From Gekko japonicus (Eukaryota), in assembly GCF_001447785.1 (NCBI RefSeq), contig NW_015163156.1:200725-264724 (forward strand): a stretch of 64,000 bases of DNA. Direction: 5' to 3'. Below, in pieces: positions 50,369 through 63,005 of this stretch; within the stretch, counting starts at the first letter, position 1, and each line of letters opens with the position of its first letter. The notes beneath the pieces are model-generated. The model ran no database searches, was not told where the DNA came from, and saw nothing but the letters and a program-made list of their open reading frames with translations. A program made the translations under genes and the position numbers.

Positions 50369-53300
50369 ACTACTGTGGATTTTTTTAATGTGTCTCCACT
50401 TGTGCCAAAAGAGCAAACAGAAATTTTTCAGTGGAACCAACCCTGTGTGTAGCAGACAGTAGTCCAAAGACCAAGTACAACTGAAATGAAAGCATGAATC
50501 CCTTGCAATCTCATATGCTAACCAAATCTAAATAGGTCATAAATGGTCAAACCTTTCAGTATTACTGACTTTCAGTATCAGCCCTCTGCTGAAGTTCAAG
50601 AAGTCCTGCTTCAAGTGAAGCCTGTGTCACATCTGCTGGCAGCTATACTCATTCATGCAAGTACAGAAATTGACCATTGCCAATTACTAAATCCAATTAA
50701 ATCACTCCCAGCACAGTCCAGATGAGTACTATTTTAACTTTTGTCCCCTTTTACTCACACAGTCTTCTGGTTTCATTATGAAAACTAGCATGATAATCTA
50801 TAATTTCTGTGACGGGGCCAGGCTTTTAATTCTACACTCCTTTCTGAAAACTTTCGTTGGAGTTAGTTAAGAGTGGCTGTGTACTTTCAAGGACGCAGCT
50901 GCTGAAATTCTAAGCTCTCAGTGCTCAGGTAGATGTTCTTGGTCAAAAAGTTGTGTGCAGAAAGCCTACTTGTGTCTTCTGTCCAGTTTTTCATAACTCA
51001 TTGGCTGAATGTGCTGTCCTGTAGTCAGAGAACCATAGTGGATGCAGTGGTGTGTCTCAGCCTGGCCTGCTTCCTTCACTAAGCCTCTGAGCACAGCCTG
51101 TTGTTTCCTATACAGAAAATGTGCTTCCATACTGAAAATAAAATAAAATATTATGTAGTACTTTTTATTTACATTTTACTGTAATGTTTACATTACAGTC
51201 CCTTCCCCTATCAGTCCTCTTGAGGACTATATCCTTATCCCCTATCACAATTTAGATTCTGATAACAGTTAAGATTCTACCTGATTTTTGCTCATTTTCA
51301 GCCCAACACAAGTTGCTTCTGATGTGCCTTATTTGCAGCCCCTTTGCCATGCTGAGAGTTTCCAAGATATACAGAATGTAACCAAAAGTCAAGCAGGAAA
51401 AAAAGAGAAACATGTTTTCTTGTTAACTGTACACAGTTTCTGTAGGTGACCATATATGCATATATAGTGAGATCTTATTATGATAAGACCCAGCAGTTGC
51501 TACATGATCTGTGCTCATAGGTGGCCAGCTCTCCACATGTGGGATATGTTTAAGCTGCCACCACATGGAAAATGGCTGTTTTCCTCATTGGATGTACTAC
51601 TTAGCAGTGTCACCTTTACCAATTTGAATAAGGATATGTAGCATTATCTGTGACACTTTTGAGCCACCAAGGCAACTTTTACTTTCAGCCACACTAGTAT
51701 AAATAAAGGCAGAAAGGCAGATGTGGTCTGCTCTGCCTTGCAAGAGACTTAAAGCAAATGTGATTTTCAATGTTGTCTGGCAATTAAGTACCACTTGAAA
51801 ACCCTTGAGAATAATTAAGGGTTTAGATGATGAGTCCTTTTCTGAGGGCTTTCATGGCATTAAATATAACAAACTGTGTGTGGGGAGGGGGGACAAGAAA
51901 GAGGCTGGAACGAAGAGAGAAAGGTCCTACTGAAACATATTCAGACATGACATTTTCTTATGTCGATAACCATCAAGAGCTTTGCTTTCCCATCCATGAA
52001 GACAAGAATGTCACATGTCAGTCAAAGAGAGAGTCGCCAACAATAGACAAAGAATGAATTCAGCTGAATAATGCCTGCTTTTGAAAAGCATCAGCTGTTC
52101 GTTAGGTTGTTGGTTTAAGGTATGGAGGTGGCAGGCATCAAATATTACAGTGCATCATCCCTTTAAAAACTGTGCTCATTAATGAGAAGATATACTATCA
52201 TTCTAAATTATGATCTAAGCCAACAAAACTGTATTTTTAGAGTATTTCAGTGTCTTTTTTATCTTCTTAACTTTCCACCGCAACTATGTAAAGCAGTTGT
52301 TTTTGTGACACTCAAGAGTGTGAGGAAGTTCTCTGTTAAGGAGACATTTGTAATTACTATAATTTGCCACTCCACACTACTCCAGTTTGCCCAGGAAGCA
52401 GAGAGCAAACAACTTCCAGCCATATGTCTCTCTTATGCATACATATTCAGAAAAACTTACACACACCCCTGTCTTGGGTTGATTTTTACTACCAGAGATC
52501 AAAGGGTAAATCCTCTATTTTTCTATGGTGTTTTGTTTGTTTTTTTGCCTCAGTGCAATTGTTGATGGTGGGAACTTGACTTCAGACTCCTGTTCTGCCT
52601 CAATTATTGTGGCTGCAGGGAGGGTTAAATGTGATCCACTTAATTTAAGTTGCCTTGTCTTCAAGTATTTATTTGGATATTCAAACAGCAATATCCCCAG
52701 AGACCTACGGATAATGTGTGGGAAGGCTCGAACAGGTGTCTCGACTCTGGAGACTCATTATAGTGAGGTTTAAGGAAACTCCTTGATGTAGGTAGAATCA
52801 GGCTTTAAGTCTTAACATGTCCACACAGCAGCGTAGAAGTATAAAATCATTGTTTGAGAATTGGAACAGATGACTGGTTCACCTTGAGCAAATAACGTAG
52901 TCTGTATTCATGCCCTTAGCACTGATATAGAGCTTTAAGTGTTAACGTGCTTCATGTAGATTATTTGAGTAATCTTTACAATTAGTCTATTTTTTCTCAT
53001 ATTACAAAGAGGAGGCAAACTTGAGAGAAGGTGACTTTCCTATTTAGTGAGCTCCTGTGTGCCTGAGCTGAAATCTGAACTGGTGAATTCCATCCAACTG
53101 GAAATCACACCCAGTCTGCAACTCTCTAGGAATCTCACAGATCTCTATGGTAAAGTCCACAGAGACCAATGGAATTCTTAGAATGTCACTGTACCCTGTG
53201 ATGTCACTTCCAGGTCTTCACCCACAAATGACATTAAGGCATCAGCAACACTGTTTTTCTCCTTCCACAGCTGCATGTTTGGTGGTAGGCAGTTGGGTGT

Positions 53301-53539
53301 GGCAGTGGGAGATTGCTAGAACTGGCAGACTAACTCTGGTCCCCCCTCAAACTGTTAACTCTAACCACAAGCCAAACTAAATGAAAGCAAATCACATGAC
53401 ATGCCTAGCTCCATGGACCCCACACTAAACATTTCACTGGAGTTTTGTATCCCCATGTCCTTTTGTTGGTGACTCTGCATACCAGTTGCTAATACACCCA
53501 TGCAGTTGTGTGACTTGGCCCTCAAAACCTACAAACTGA

Positions 53540-53720
53540 TGAACATAAGAAGAGCCCTGCTGGATCAGACCACTGGTCCATCTAGTCCAGCATCCTGTCT
53601 CACACAGTGGCCAACTAGTTCCTCGGGATGGCTAGCAACAGAACATAGAGGCCTAGGTCTTCCCCTGATGCTGCTTCCTGACTCTGGGATTCAGAGGTTT
53701 AGCGCCTCTGAATGTGGAGG
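53540..53720 (-). mobile_element. CR1 3' end
   Basis: gaacataagaagagccctgctggatcagacc...ggtccatctagtccagcatcctgtctcacacagtggcca. Confidence 0.75.
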
Positions 53721-53736
53721 CACAGTTTTTAAAGGG

Positions 53737-54048
53737 ATGATGGAAGAGAAGCAGAGAGATTATGAACAAGAGTTAATCCAGCTGCAGGTGGATAAAGCGG
53801 CATATATGCTAAGATTTCAGAATATCCCTGAAGAGAAAGATGAAGATCTTGCAGAGAAAATGGCTAATATACTAGCCGAACATATGAATATAGAAAAGGA
53901 TTATATGGTAAAAGAATTTGACCAAGTATATAGAATGAACTCGGCATATGCAAGATGAATGAAGGTACCAAGAGAGATACAAGTTCGTTTCCACAAAAGG
54001 ATGACAAGGGATAAAATATTGAGAGAAGTTAACGCGAAAGCACTCAAA
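53737..54048 (+). mobile_element. L1-clade ORF1 fragment
   Basis: LRFQNIPEEKDEDL...EFDQVYRMNS..R*MKVPREIQVRF..RMTRDKIL resembles the L1 ORF1p RRM region; one in-frame stop at 53956-53958. Confidence 0.75.
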
Positions 54049-54196
54049 TTTCATCTGATGTTTATTCTGTGTTACTGTTATGTTAAGCAAGTTTGGCCAC
54101 CCCTGCTATACTTCAAGTTGGGTTTTTTTGTCCCAGTGTGCATCAACTTACAGAAGAGCCCTGCTGGATCAGACCAGTGGTCCATCTAGTCCTCAG

Positions 54197-54880
54197 TGTC
54201 ATACCTGCCCCCGATCCGGCACCTGGGAGCTCTGAAATGGAGGACTCCGTGCCTTTAACATCATCAGAGGAACAAGAGTCCTTGCCAAACCTAAGTGGCG
54301 GAGAGGATGAATACCAAACCCCAGGACAGCTTGCACCTGAAGCCGATAAGGCAGTGCCTGGCCCCAGCAGTACGCCACCCGATTCTCCGCCACCTGTCGA
54401 CCGGCTGAGGAATCAGAGATGCCGGGACTTGGCAACCAGATGCAAGGAGGAACGCTTGCGCGGTTGGAGAACAATGAGCCTGGAGTTCTAACAGAATCAA
54501 GGACTTCGCAAGGCAGTGCTAATGAGTAAAAGACCCAGCACACTATTTGAACAGGTCACTGACTGCTGGCAAAGCATGCTGGCAAACTAGTCCTTTGGAC
54601 CAGAAGCTCTGCACCTCTGACACTGTTCCTGAGATTCCGTACTGACTGACTTCCCGGTTCCTAAATCCAGTCCGCGTTTTGACGACTCTCTGGCTTGATC
54701 CTGGGCTCTGCACCCTGACATTCGACACTCGGTTCTCTGACCCTTGGTAACACTCTGACTACGGCTTGACTTTGTGTATTGGGACACTGGCTCTGCTTGT
54801 TTTTGATCTTTCTGGCTTTGACTCATGGACTGAACTGTAAACTCTCCCTCTCTGCCCAGCCCCCTGGCTCTGTCGTGACA
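54197..54880 (+). mobile_element. Solo LTR (Gypsy-like), inserted in a CR1 3' fragment
   Basis: TGTCA...TGACA termini; 5-bp flanks ctcag/ctctg; CR1 tail sequence on both sides (54152-54196, 54881-54925). Orientation tentative. Confidence 0.7.
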
Positions 54881-56437
54881 CTCTGGAGGGCCAACAACAG
54901 GGCATGGAGGCCATGACTTTCCCCTGATAACTTATTTTATCTTTTATGTTTTTTGTGTCAGAATTAAAATATCTTAATTTCAGTTTGGCTGTGGGCAGGA
55001 GTTCCTAAAGAGAAAGAAGTAAATGTCTGCTCTGACACAGTTTAGGACAAACCAATCTACTGATCTCCTGATTTTGAAGTGACAGGACTGCTTGCTCAGT
55101 ACATCTGTTTCTGTCTCTGTTTCTGTCCATAATTATGTTATCTTCAGCGATGATAGTGGTTTATCCTGCTATAGAAATGTTAAACTTTGAGGCTAACTTT
55201 CCCATGGGGAAAAGTTTCTTTTGTTATCTTTTTCCCTTTTTCACCCCTTGTGTAAAACAAACAAAACATAAAACCCTAGTTGAAGAAACTGAAGCCAGGA
55301 AGCAAGCCATTCTGAAAAGTTGATGCATCTTGTGTTGAGATTATATATGTCAATGGGAAATTGGGAAATTGTGTAACACATGGTTTCTACGACCATATTT
55401 TATTGAATGAAAATATTCAAATGGCACATTATTTCCAATGGAGAGCTAAAGATAAGATCAGAGATCATGTGGCAGGCTCAATCTCCCTCCCCTCCTCTTT
55501 GTATTTGTGGAGAATCACTGTTCTAGTGACTCTCACCCTTTCTTGACTATATTTACAAAACAATGGTTTACCAGTTGCTCAACATGCATCTAAAACAAAT
55601 TTGAAACCCTGTGGTTCAGATTGTAAAGGACAAGCATTTTCTGCACAGATCAACAATACCCCCCACTTTTAATCCAGGAATCAGTGCTAGTGATTGTGTA
55701 CATCTTCCTTCTTATGTTGTTTGGAGGTATATTTCCTATTTTAATGATCATTCTTGCATCAGTGCCCGTTCTTTCCACCTACCTTTCAGTCTCTTTTTAC
55801 TGCTTTGCTCTGTTGCTCCAAATTCAATAATAAGGTAACATCAAACTAATACCAAAAATAACATTTTAAAAGATATTTTAAAGCTAGAGGCAGGATCATC
55901 AATATATCTAATGCTCAATGGTCAGACTGTGGATAATTAAATCTTGAGACCAGAGCCATGGACAAGACTTATCTTTCTACAAACTCGATACAAACCCCAG
56001 GTTTGCAGAAAAATCTGAAATCTAAAACAAAACAAAACACTATGGATGTTAAACCCCCCCCCAAAATAATAGAAGCAGTGCCTGTAACTTTAAGAAACAA
56101 ATGCCATCTGGGCTGTTGCTAGGCAACCACGATAGTATGTCCAGTTGAAGCCTTAATTGCTGTCAAGAAAAGGCAGGGGGAGGGTACAGGTCCCTTTCTG
56201 CCCTTGAGGGAAGAACACATTGTAGCCAGAACCACCAGCTTGCATGATTCACCCAGGCCCAGCTGCTCACTATTGTTCAACAACAGCCACCACATGAAAG
56301 CCAGTTGTGTGTAGTCATTACAGTTTCAGTGTAGGATCTGGGAGACACAGGTTCAAATCCCCACTCTGCCATGGAATCTTGCTGGGTGACCTTGTGCCAG
56401 TCTCACACACACTCAGCCTAACATATCAAGGTTGTTG

Positions 56438-56560
56438 TAGGCTTGCCATTCCCCCACTGGGGGTGGGGGCTTGTCCACTTTCAGGGCCCCCGATCAACTG
56501 GCCTGGATCCGGCTGTTGGGGGGAGCCCAACCAGCAGCCAGGGAAGACTGGCCAACCCTA
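56438..56560. mobile_element. Short hAT MITE nested in a tRNA SINE (about 56318-56650)
   Basis: TAGGCTTGCCA...GGCCAACCCTA; perfect 8-bp TSD ggttgttg. Confidence 0.85.
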
Positions 56561-56902
56561 GGTTGTTGTGATGATAAAATGGAAGTTAATGGTGTAAGCT
56601 GCTTTGGGTTCACATTGTGGAGAAAGGCAAAGTATAAATGTACTAAATAAATCATAAATATAGCTGGAGATGGGGGTAAGATAAAAGGTAGGTTGGTGGG
56701 TGGGTGAGAAGGAAGCAGGGAACTGTAAGAATACAGGGGCTACCAGGAAGAGGGAAGAACTAAATAGTGTGGGGAAGGAGAAACGGGGGAAAGGGATGTG
56801 TCCCTCACAAGTTCTTATAGATTCCCTGTTGTGCAACTTGGTCTGGCCTGGTGATCACCGGCACTGTGGAACTTGGCCATACTTCCCAGGGAGAGGCTTC
56901 TC

Positions 56903-57943
56903 TTTGTTGTTGTTCAGTCGCACAGTCAAGTCCGACTCTTCGCGACCCCATGGACCAGATCCCGCCAGGCCTTCTTGTCTTCCGCCGTCCTCTGAAGTTG
57001 GCTCAATTTCATGTCCGTTGCATCTATGACACTGGCTAACCATCTCATCCTTTGCCGTCCCCGGCTTCTTTGACCTTCAATCTTTCCCAGCATCAGGGTC
57101 TTCTCCAGTGAGTGCGCCCTTCTCATTTGGTGGCCAGGGAACAGTCAGGGTTGATTTCTTTGAGGATTGACTGATTTGATCTTCTTGCAGTCCAAGGGAC
57201 TCTCAAGAGTCTTATCCAGCACCATAGTTCAAAAGAATCTATTCTTTGGCGCTTGGCCATCCTTATAGTCCAACTCTCGCAGCCATACGTGACTACTGGG
57301 AATACCATTGCTTTGACCATGCGGACTTTTGTTGGCAGGGTAATGTCTCTACTTTTTATCATGCTGTTTAGGTTCGCCATCGCTTTCCTCCCAAGGAGCA
57401 GGTGTCTTTTAATTTCATGGCTGCTGTCACAGTCTGCAGTGATCTGGGATCCCAGGAATGTGAAGTCTGTCACTACTTCCATGACTTCCCCTTCTATTTG
57501 CCAAGGAGTGATGGGGCCGGATGCCATGATCTTAGTTTTTTTTTTAATGTTGAGCTTCAAGCCCACTTTTGCACTCTCCTCTTTTACACTGAGCAAGAAG
57601 CTCTTAAGGTCCTCTTCACTTTCTGCCATTAGAGTGGCATCGTCTGCATATCTGAGGTTGTTAATCTTTTCCCCAGCAATCTTAATTCCCGCTTGTGATT
57701 CATCCAGGCCAGCATTTCGTATTATGTACTCTGCATATATATTAAATAAGCAAGTTGACAATATACATCCTTGTCGTACTCCTTTTCCTATGCTAAACCA
57801 ATCAGTTGTTCCATATCCGGTTCTAACTGTCGCTTCTTGACCCTTATACAGGTTTCTCAAGAGACATGTGAGGTGGTCTGGTATTCCCATCTCTTTAAGG
57901 ACCTGCCATAGTTTGTTGTGATCCACACAGTCAAAGGGTTTAG
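56903..57943 (-). mobile_element. RTE-BovB LINE, 5'-truncated (RT domain and 3' end)
   Basis: ORF 57123-57926 has GVRQGCILS, NNLRYADD, KAMVFPVVTYGCESWT; frameshifting deletion near 57137; C-terminus SLEKTLMLGKIEG; (CAA)n tail. Confidence 0.95.
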
Positions 57944-58734
57944 AGGCTCCTCTATTGCAGAGGAAATATCTACTTTAATTTGGAATGGACAGTGTATGCA
58001 AATGCTCAGTTGAAATGAGGCCCAGATGTTTCCCATCAAAAAGGATGGGAAAAATAATGTGAATTGGGTTTCTGCATGATCAGTTGTTCATGTGGAGTGC
58101 TTGTATCGATTTATATGTTAGCTTAATGGTAGAGGTGAGGGAGCCATGCCTGTCCTCCATCATGAAAGCTGTGAGTCACCCTAGGGGACATATTTATTTG
58201 ACCATTCTTTATGCCACTTTCTGGGGAACATGCCAAGATGGCTTACAAAACAAAACATTATAAAAACACATGAAATATTGTAAAAGTAATTAATAACCAT
58301 GATTCAAACACAGCAGAGTATGAAACAATATAAAATATGAAGCAATTTAAGCTGGGCATTAAAACGTTTCTTGGGCTGCAAACATACCATAAAATTATGT
58401 TAAAAAACCACCACCTTAATCAGAAGGCAGAGTTAATAGAAATGTTTTGTTCTGGTGCCTAACTGAAAGTAGTATAGATGACAGGAAAGGCATTCCACAG
58501 GCGAGATGCCACCACTGAAAAAGCCCCATTTTTTATTGCCATCTGCCTCACTTCCGAAAATGGGGGCACACACAGGGCATGTGAGCAAGATCTTAGCTGG
58601 CTGGTATTAACCCTTTCAAAAGTGTTTTACAGCACTAGAAGAATCTCAGCAGGGATGAATCCCAGACGTATATCTCAGGGGGAATATCCTGAATCAGCTT
58701 AAATTCTCCAAAATGAATCATCCTAAGCAAGGTC

Positions 58735-58887
58735 TCTAGGCTTTAATCAGTGCATGAGCTTGAAAAAAGGACTCACACATTTCCCCTGCATTTGGAAGTG
58801 GTACTTCTCCAGTATCTAGGCTTTAATCAGAGCTTGAAAAAAGGACTCACACATTTTCCCTGCATTTGGAAGTGGTACTTCTCCAGT
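58735..58887. repeat. Tandem duplication, about 75-80 bp unit
   Basis: tctaggctttaatcag...gtacttctccagt occurs twice. Confidence 0.95.
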
Positions 58888-58917
58888 GATACGTCAGCCC
58901 AGTATAAGCAGCAGAAC

Positions 58918-59169
58918 TAGGGTTGCCAGGTCTCATCTTCTCCCTGGCAAGGGGATTTGGGGGGCATTCTGGGAGGGGGAGGGACCATCCTCAACACCAT
59001 GATGTCACCCGGAGTGAAAAGAGTTCGTGCCGCGCATGCTTGCTCTGCAAGCAGGGCCATGGATGACTGTTGGGGGTGGGGCTTTCCCCCACCAGCCAGC
59101 TGGCTGGCGTCTGGGGGAGCCCTAAAAGTTGGGAGATCCCCTGCCCCCACCTGGGGATTTGCATCCCTA
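58918..59169. mobile_element. hAT (Blackjack-like) MITE
   Basis: TAGGGTTGCCA...TTGCATCCCTA; flanks agcagaac/aacaaaac. Confidence 0.75.
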
Positions 59170-59599
59170 AACAAAACAAGTTCACACATGTTCTTTGTAG
59201 GAAGCACAACATTTTCCCACTGACCTGCAAGTTTAAAGAAAACAGTATTGCGTTGCCATAACTAGCTCTGTGTAAACAAGACAGATTGAGATAAACAAAA
59301 ATGTATGTATTTATTTATTTTGGCATTTATATCCCACCCTACCTAACGGCTCAGGGCGGCTAACAAGCGGCGATGCTTAGTATTGCTTGGATGACCAATG
59401 AACAAGGAACAGAGTAAGTAGTGTACAGCTCTTGGATTAAAAAAATCCTAAATGGTAATTTTTTTTTTGAAGTATAACATTTATCTACAGCTGATACAGA
59501 GAAGTGTCTACTTGGAAACACTTAGGCAAATTAATCAGGGATAAATTCTGCACAGCACTAACTATGGCATGAGTTTTTTTTAAAAAAAGGTAGAATGAA

Positions 59600-60420
59600 G
59601 TAATGCTACACTTTGAAATGTAGTTTAAGTATCCAGTCAATTTGGGGAGGCAGATTAAAAGCGACATGTAACAGAAACACACCTGACTAACTTGCATCTT
59701 GTATTCCTTANNNNNNNNNNNNNNNNNNNNNNNNNNNNNNNNNNNNNNNNNNNNNNNNNNNNNNNNNNNNNNNNNNNNNNNNNNNNNNNNNNNNNNNNNN
59801 NNNNNNNNNNNNNNNNNNNNNNNNNNNNNNNNNNNNNNNNNNNNNNNNNNNNNNNNNNNNNNNNNNNNNNNNNNNNNNNNNNGATGCTGGTGCAGGCAAA
59901 AACACAGAGGGAATTGAACAAACAACTAAAAAGGAAAGGGGCATCTTCTCGTGATAAATAGCAGTGGTTGCTAATGAAACCAAATTATGTACCTTTTTCC
60001 TGCAACTTCGATAAAATAATATGAAACACACAGCAACTTTGCATCAAACAAATTAATCAGCCGTCAGCAGATTTGCCTGATAATAATCTCCTGCCCTTAT
60101 TGATCATTTAAAGAAAGATTTTTTTTCCTGTACACAGGCATTAGGGTTGGTGATAATTAAAGCTTCAGCTTCAGGAATGCCATAATAACCGTTAATTAGC
60201 AGGATGCTATTTTCAACATAATTTGCTAATTAGGCAGGGAGCCGGTATAGTGTACGTACCTAATTATGAAAGGGTCTTGCGCTTTAAGCTCATGTGACTA
60301 GAGTGTAAATGACACCATTACAGGGGATCTGGCAGGGTTGATTTTCTTATTAAAGTGTGTTTTCCTCTGGAACATTTAGCCAATTTGATTCTATGGGTTA
60401 ACCATTTATTTTAAACAGGC
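59600..60420. promoter_or_regulatory. Candidate conserved non-coding element containing a masked block
   Basis: Repeat-free, many TAATTA/TAAT sites, surrounds N block 59711-59882. Confidence 0.45.
59711..59882. other. N block, 172 nt
   Basis: Seen directly; unique flanks. Confidence 0.95.
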
Positions 60421-62038
60421 AGGCTTTTGCTTAATGCCTTGTCTGTATCCACAATGAGTAAATAAAAGAACGCCCAATTCTCAGCATTCTGAATTCTGTT
60501 TATTTTAAGACTCTGGTTCAGAATGTCAGTTTGTGGGTAAGGCCCTGTTCTAATTTTATTCTTGTACAGTTCCTGGTAAGTTTAATCACTTATGAAATAA
60601 TAACCGATGACATCAGCAGAGAGTATTAAGGTTTTGCATATTTATTTCATATGAATGTTGCAAAGGACACATTCCAGCAGCATTTTGATGGCTGTGTTTT
60701 GACGTTACTCTCCTTAGGCACAGAGGTCATGCATGGGGTGCTTGTATAGAATTAATCTCTATTTGACTGTCAGGCATGATTTTTGCTCACTACTGTAAAT
60801 CTACTAAGACAGAATGCTATCTAGTTCACTATAGCCATATACAACATCCATATCCTAATTTTATCCAGTAATGCTTTTAAAATATAGATACCACACTTTC
60901 TTCAACATGGCACTCAAGGTCGTCAGTGGCTGTTATAGGAGCCATTACCACATCACCAAAACTATCACCATCTCCATCATTCTGGACAAATGAATCAATG
61001 GTTACTGTATTTTTGGGACAACCACTAAAGGATGAACATAGCAACATGTAGCTGCTTAAAGTGGGTACTTGGGCCTGTATTGGAAGGTACTATTACATGT
61101 TTAGTAGAAGGGATATCTAAATACCATGCATTTTATCTGATGGGTTTTATCTATGTTTGTAAGTAGCCTTGAGCTCTGTAAGAAAGAAAGGTAGCTTATG
61201 AATGGTTAAATAAATAAATAAAAATAGGGTGAAGTTTATGGAATGCCAAAGACTGTCTAGCTGTTCCTAAAGATGTTCACAGTCATATAGTTTAAAACCT
61301 TGTTTTCTGTGTCATTTTTATTTCATATACAGATTACACAGGTGGACACAGTATCTGTCTGTCTGATGCTAATGAAGGTCAGGACAGATTATTCCATATT
61401 CCTTTGTAATCCCTAATATTTTGATAGTATATTGGAAAAATAGTAACCTACATCTCAAGATTTTGGGCAAGGATTAATAAGAGAAATAGTGTTACATTAA
61501 GGTCATAAAAAGATTTTTCCCTGATTAGCGCAAAGTTCTGTCTAGCATCATGTTTTCCATAGTAGCGATGCAGATGTCCCTCGAATGCTCCTAAGTAGCC
61601 AAGAACATGATAGCCATCAGAAACTGGTATTTAGTGGTATGCTGCCTTTGAATATGAAGGTTCTGTTTAGTCATCATGGCAAATAGGCATTGATAGACAT
61701 ATCTTTCATGTGTTTGTCTAATCTCCTTTTAAAGCTATGTAACCTAGGTAGCTTCCACACAGTGAGAATTCCCTGTGTTGCTTTCAGTGTTGCTGCTAAT
61801 GTATGTAATGTAATGTAATGCATTTGCATTGCCAACAGAGCTTCCACATGGGAATTTTCGGCACACTTTCTTGTCTTCTTACTACAGTGTTAAAGCTCTG
61901 TAGCAATTACCATTAAAAAAAAAAAGACTTCAAAAAGCCCTCTAGTGATGTGGTGGGGGAAATGGCATCTGTGAGGGCTGATAGCAGGAAAATGGTGCCA
62001 ACGTGGATGGATTTTTTTTGCAAATGTACACCTAGATG

Positions 62039-62332
62039 GAGACCCAGTTTGGTGTAGTGGTTAAGTGTGCGGTCTCTAATCTGGGAGAACCGGGTTTGAT
62101 TCCCCACTCCTCCACTTGCACCTGCTGATGTGACCTTGGGTCAGTCACAAGCTCTGGCACAGCTGTCCTTGAAAAAGAGCAGTTTGTTTCAGAGCTCTCT
62201 CAGCCCCACCCACCTCACAGGGTGTCTGTTGTGGGGAGGGGAAGGGAAAGGAGTTTGTAAGCCGCTCTGAGACTCCAAGTGAAGGGCGGGGTATAAATCC
62301 AATCTCTTCCTCTTCTTCTTCTTCTTCTTCTT
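62039..62332 (+). mobile_element. Squam3-type tRNA SINE
   Basis: A-box tggtgtagtggttaag, B-box ggtttgattccc, (TTC)n tail. Confidence 0.85.
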
Positions 62333-62483
62333 ATAATGAACTTGGAGTAAAGCAGTAAAGTACTGAGTACTGGAATATTGAACTACTGATGGTGGCGAAA
62401 ACCTGGAAAGAGAACAATTAGAGCATGACGTTGCGTTAATGCTCTGGTTTGGAAACAAAAGTGGAGAAAAAACTCTGGGCAGA

Positions 62484-63005
62484 TTTAGTAACCACAAGAA
62501 GGGGGACCCATGATAGTCGCGGGGGGGGAGGAGAAGCCCACGGGAGGAGAAGGAAGCAGCCACAGGTGAGCCTTCTGTCCTGCCCCCCCCGGCACCCACA
62601 GTGAGGCCCACGCCCCTCCAAGTCTTCTCCCTCCTCCTCCTCCAGCACCAGCGGCGAGGCCTGAATTCAGCCCGCCAAGGTTTCTCCCTCCCCCCTGGGC
62701 GGCGGTGAGGGCTGAGCAGCTTACAGCCACCAGCTGGCCAAGGCTTCTCCCGCCCTCACTCCCTCCCTGGGGGCGGCGGTGGCGGCGAAGCTGTTCTCAG
62801 AGTGTTCCCTGTGCCTGCGCAGGGAACGCTCTTTTACTTTTGGGGGGATTTAAATATCCCCCGCATATTTTTTCCAAGTTTTCAGATTTTTCTGCACATC
62901 TGTGTATTGCCCCAAATGTGCAGGAAAATCTCCCTGCCCCCCCCAAGTGCCCCCGATGTGCGGATTTAGATTTCCGCATGGAGGGGGCATGTTGGGAATT
63001 AGATA
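62484..63005. repeat. GC-rich unclassified interspersed repeat
   Basis: Abrupt GC-rich island; right part loosely resembles 18700-18860; no TSD resolved. Confidence 0.4.

Noticed and set aside
56115-56127. RFX X-box GTTGCTAGGCAAC
   Set aside because: Single motif within what appears to be a repeat (related sequence near 1495-1560); no promoter context.
57253-57840. 195-aa + strand ORF
   Set aside because: Antisense shadow of the BovB RT frame.
62039-62112. tRNA gene
   Set aside because: A and B boxes belong to a multi-copy SINE head; no cloverleaf evident.
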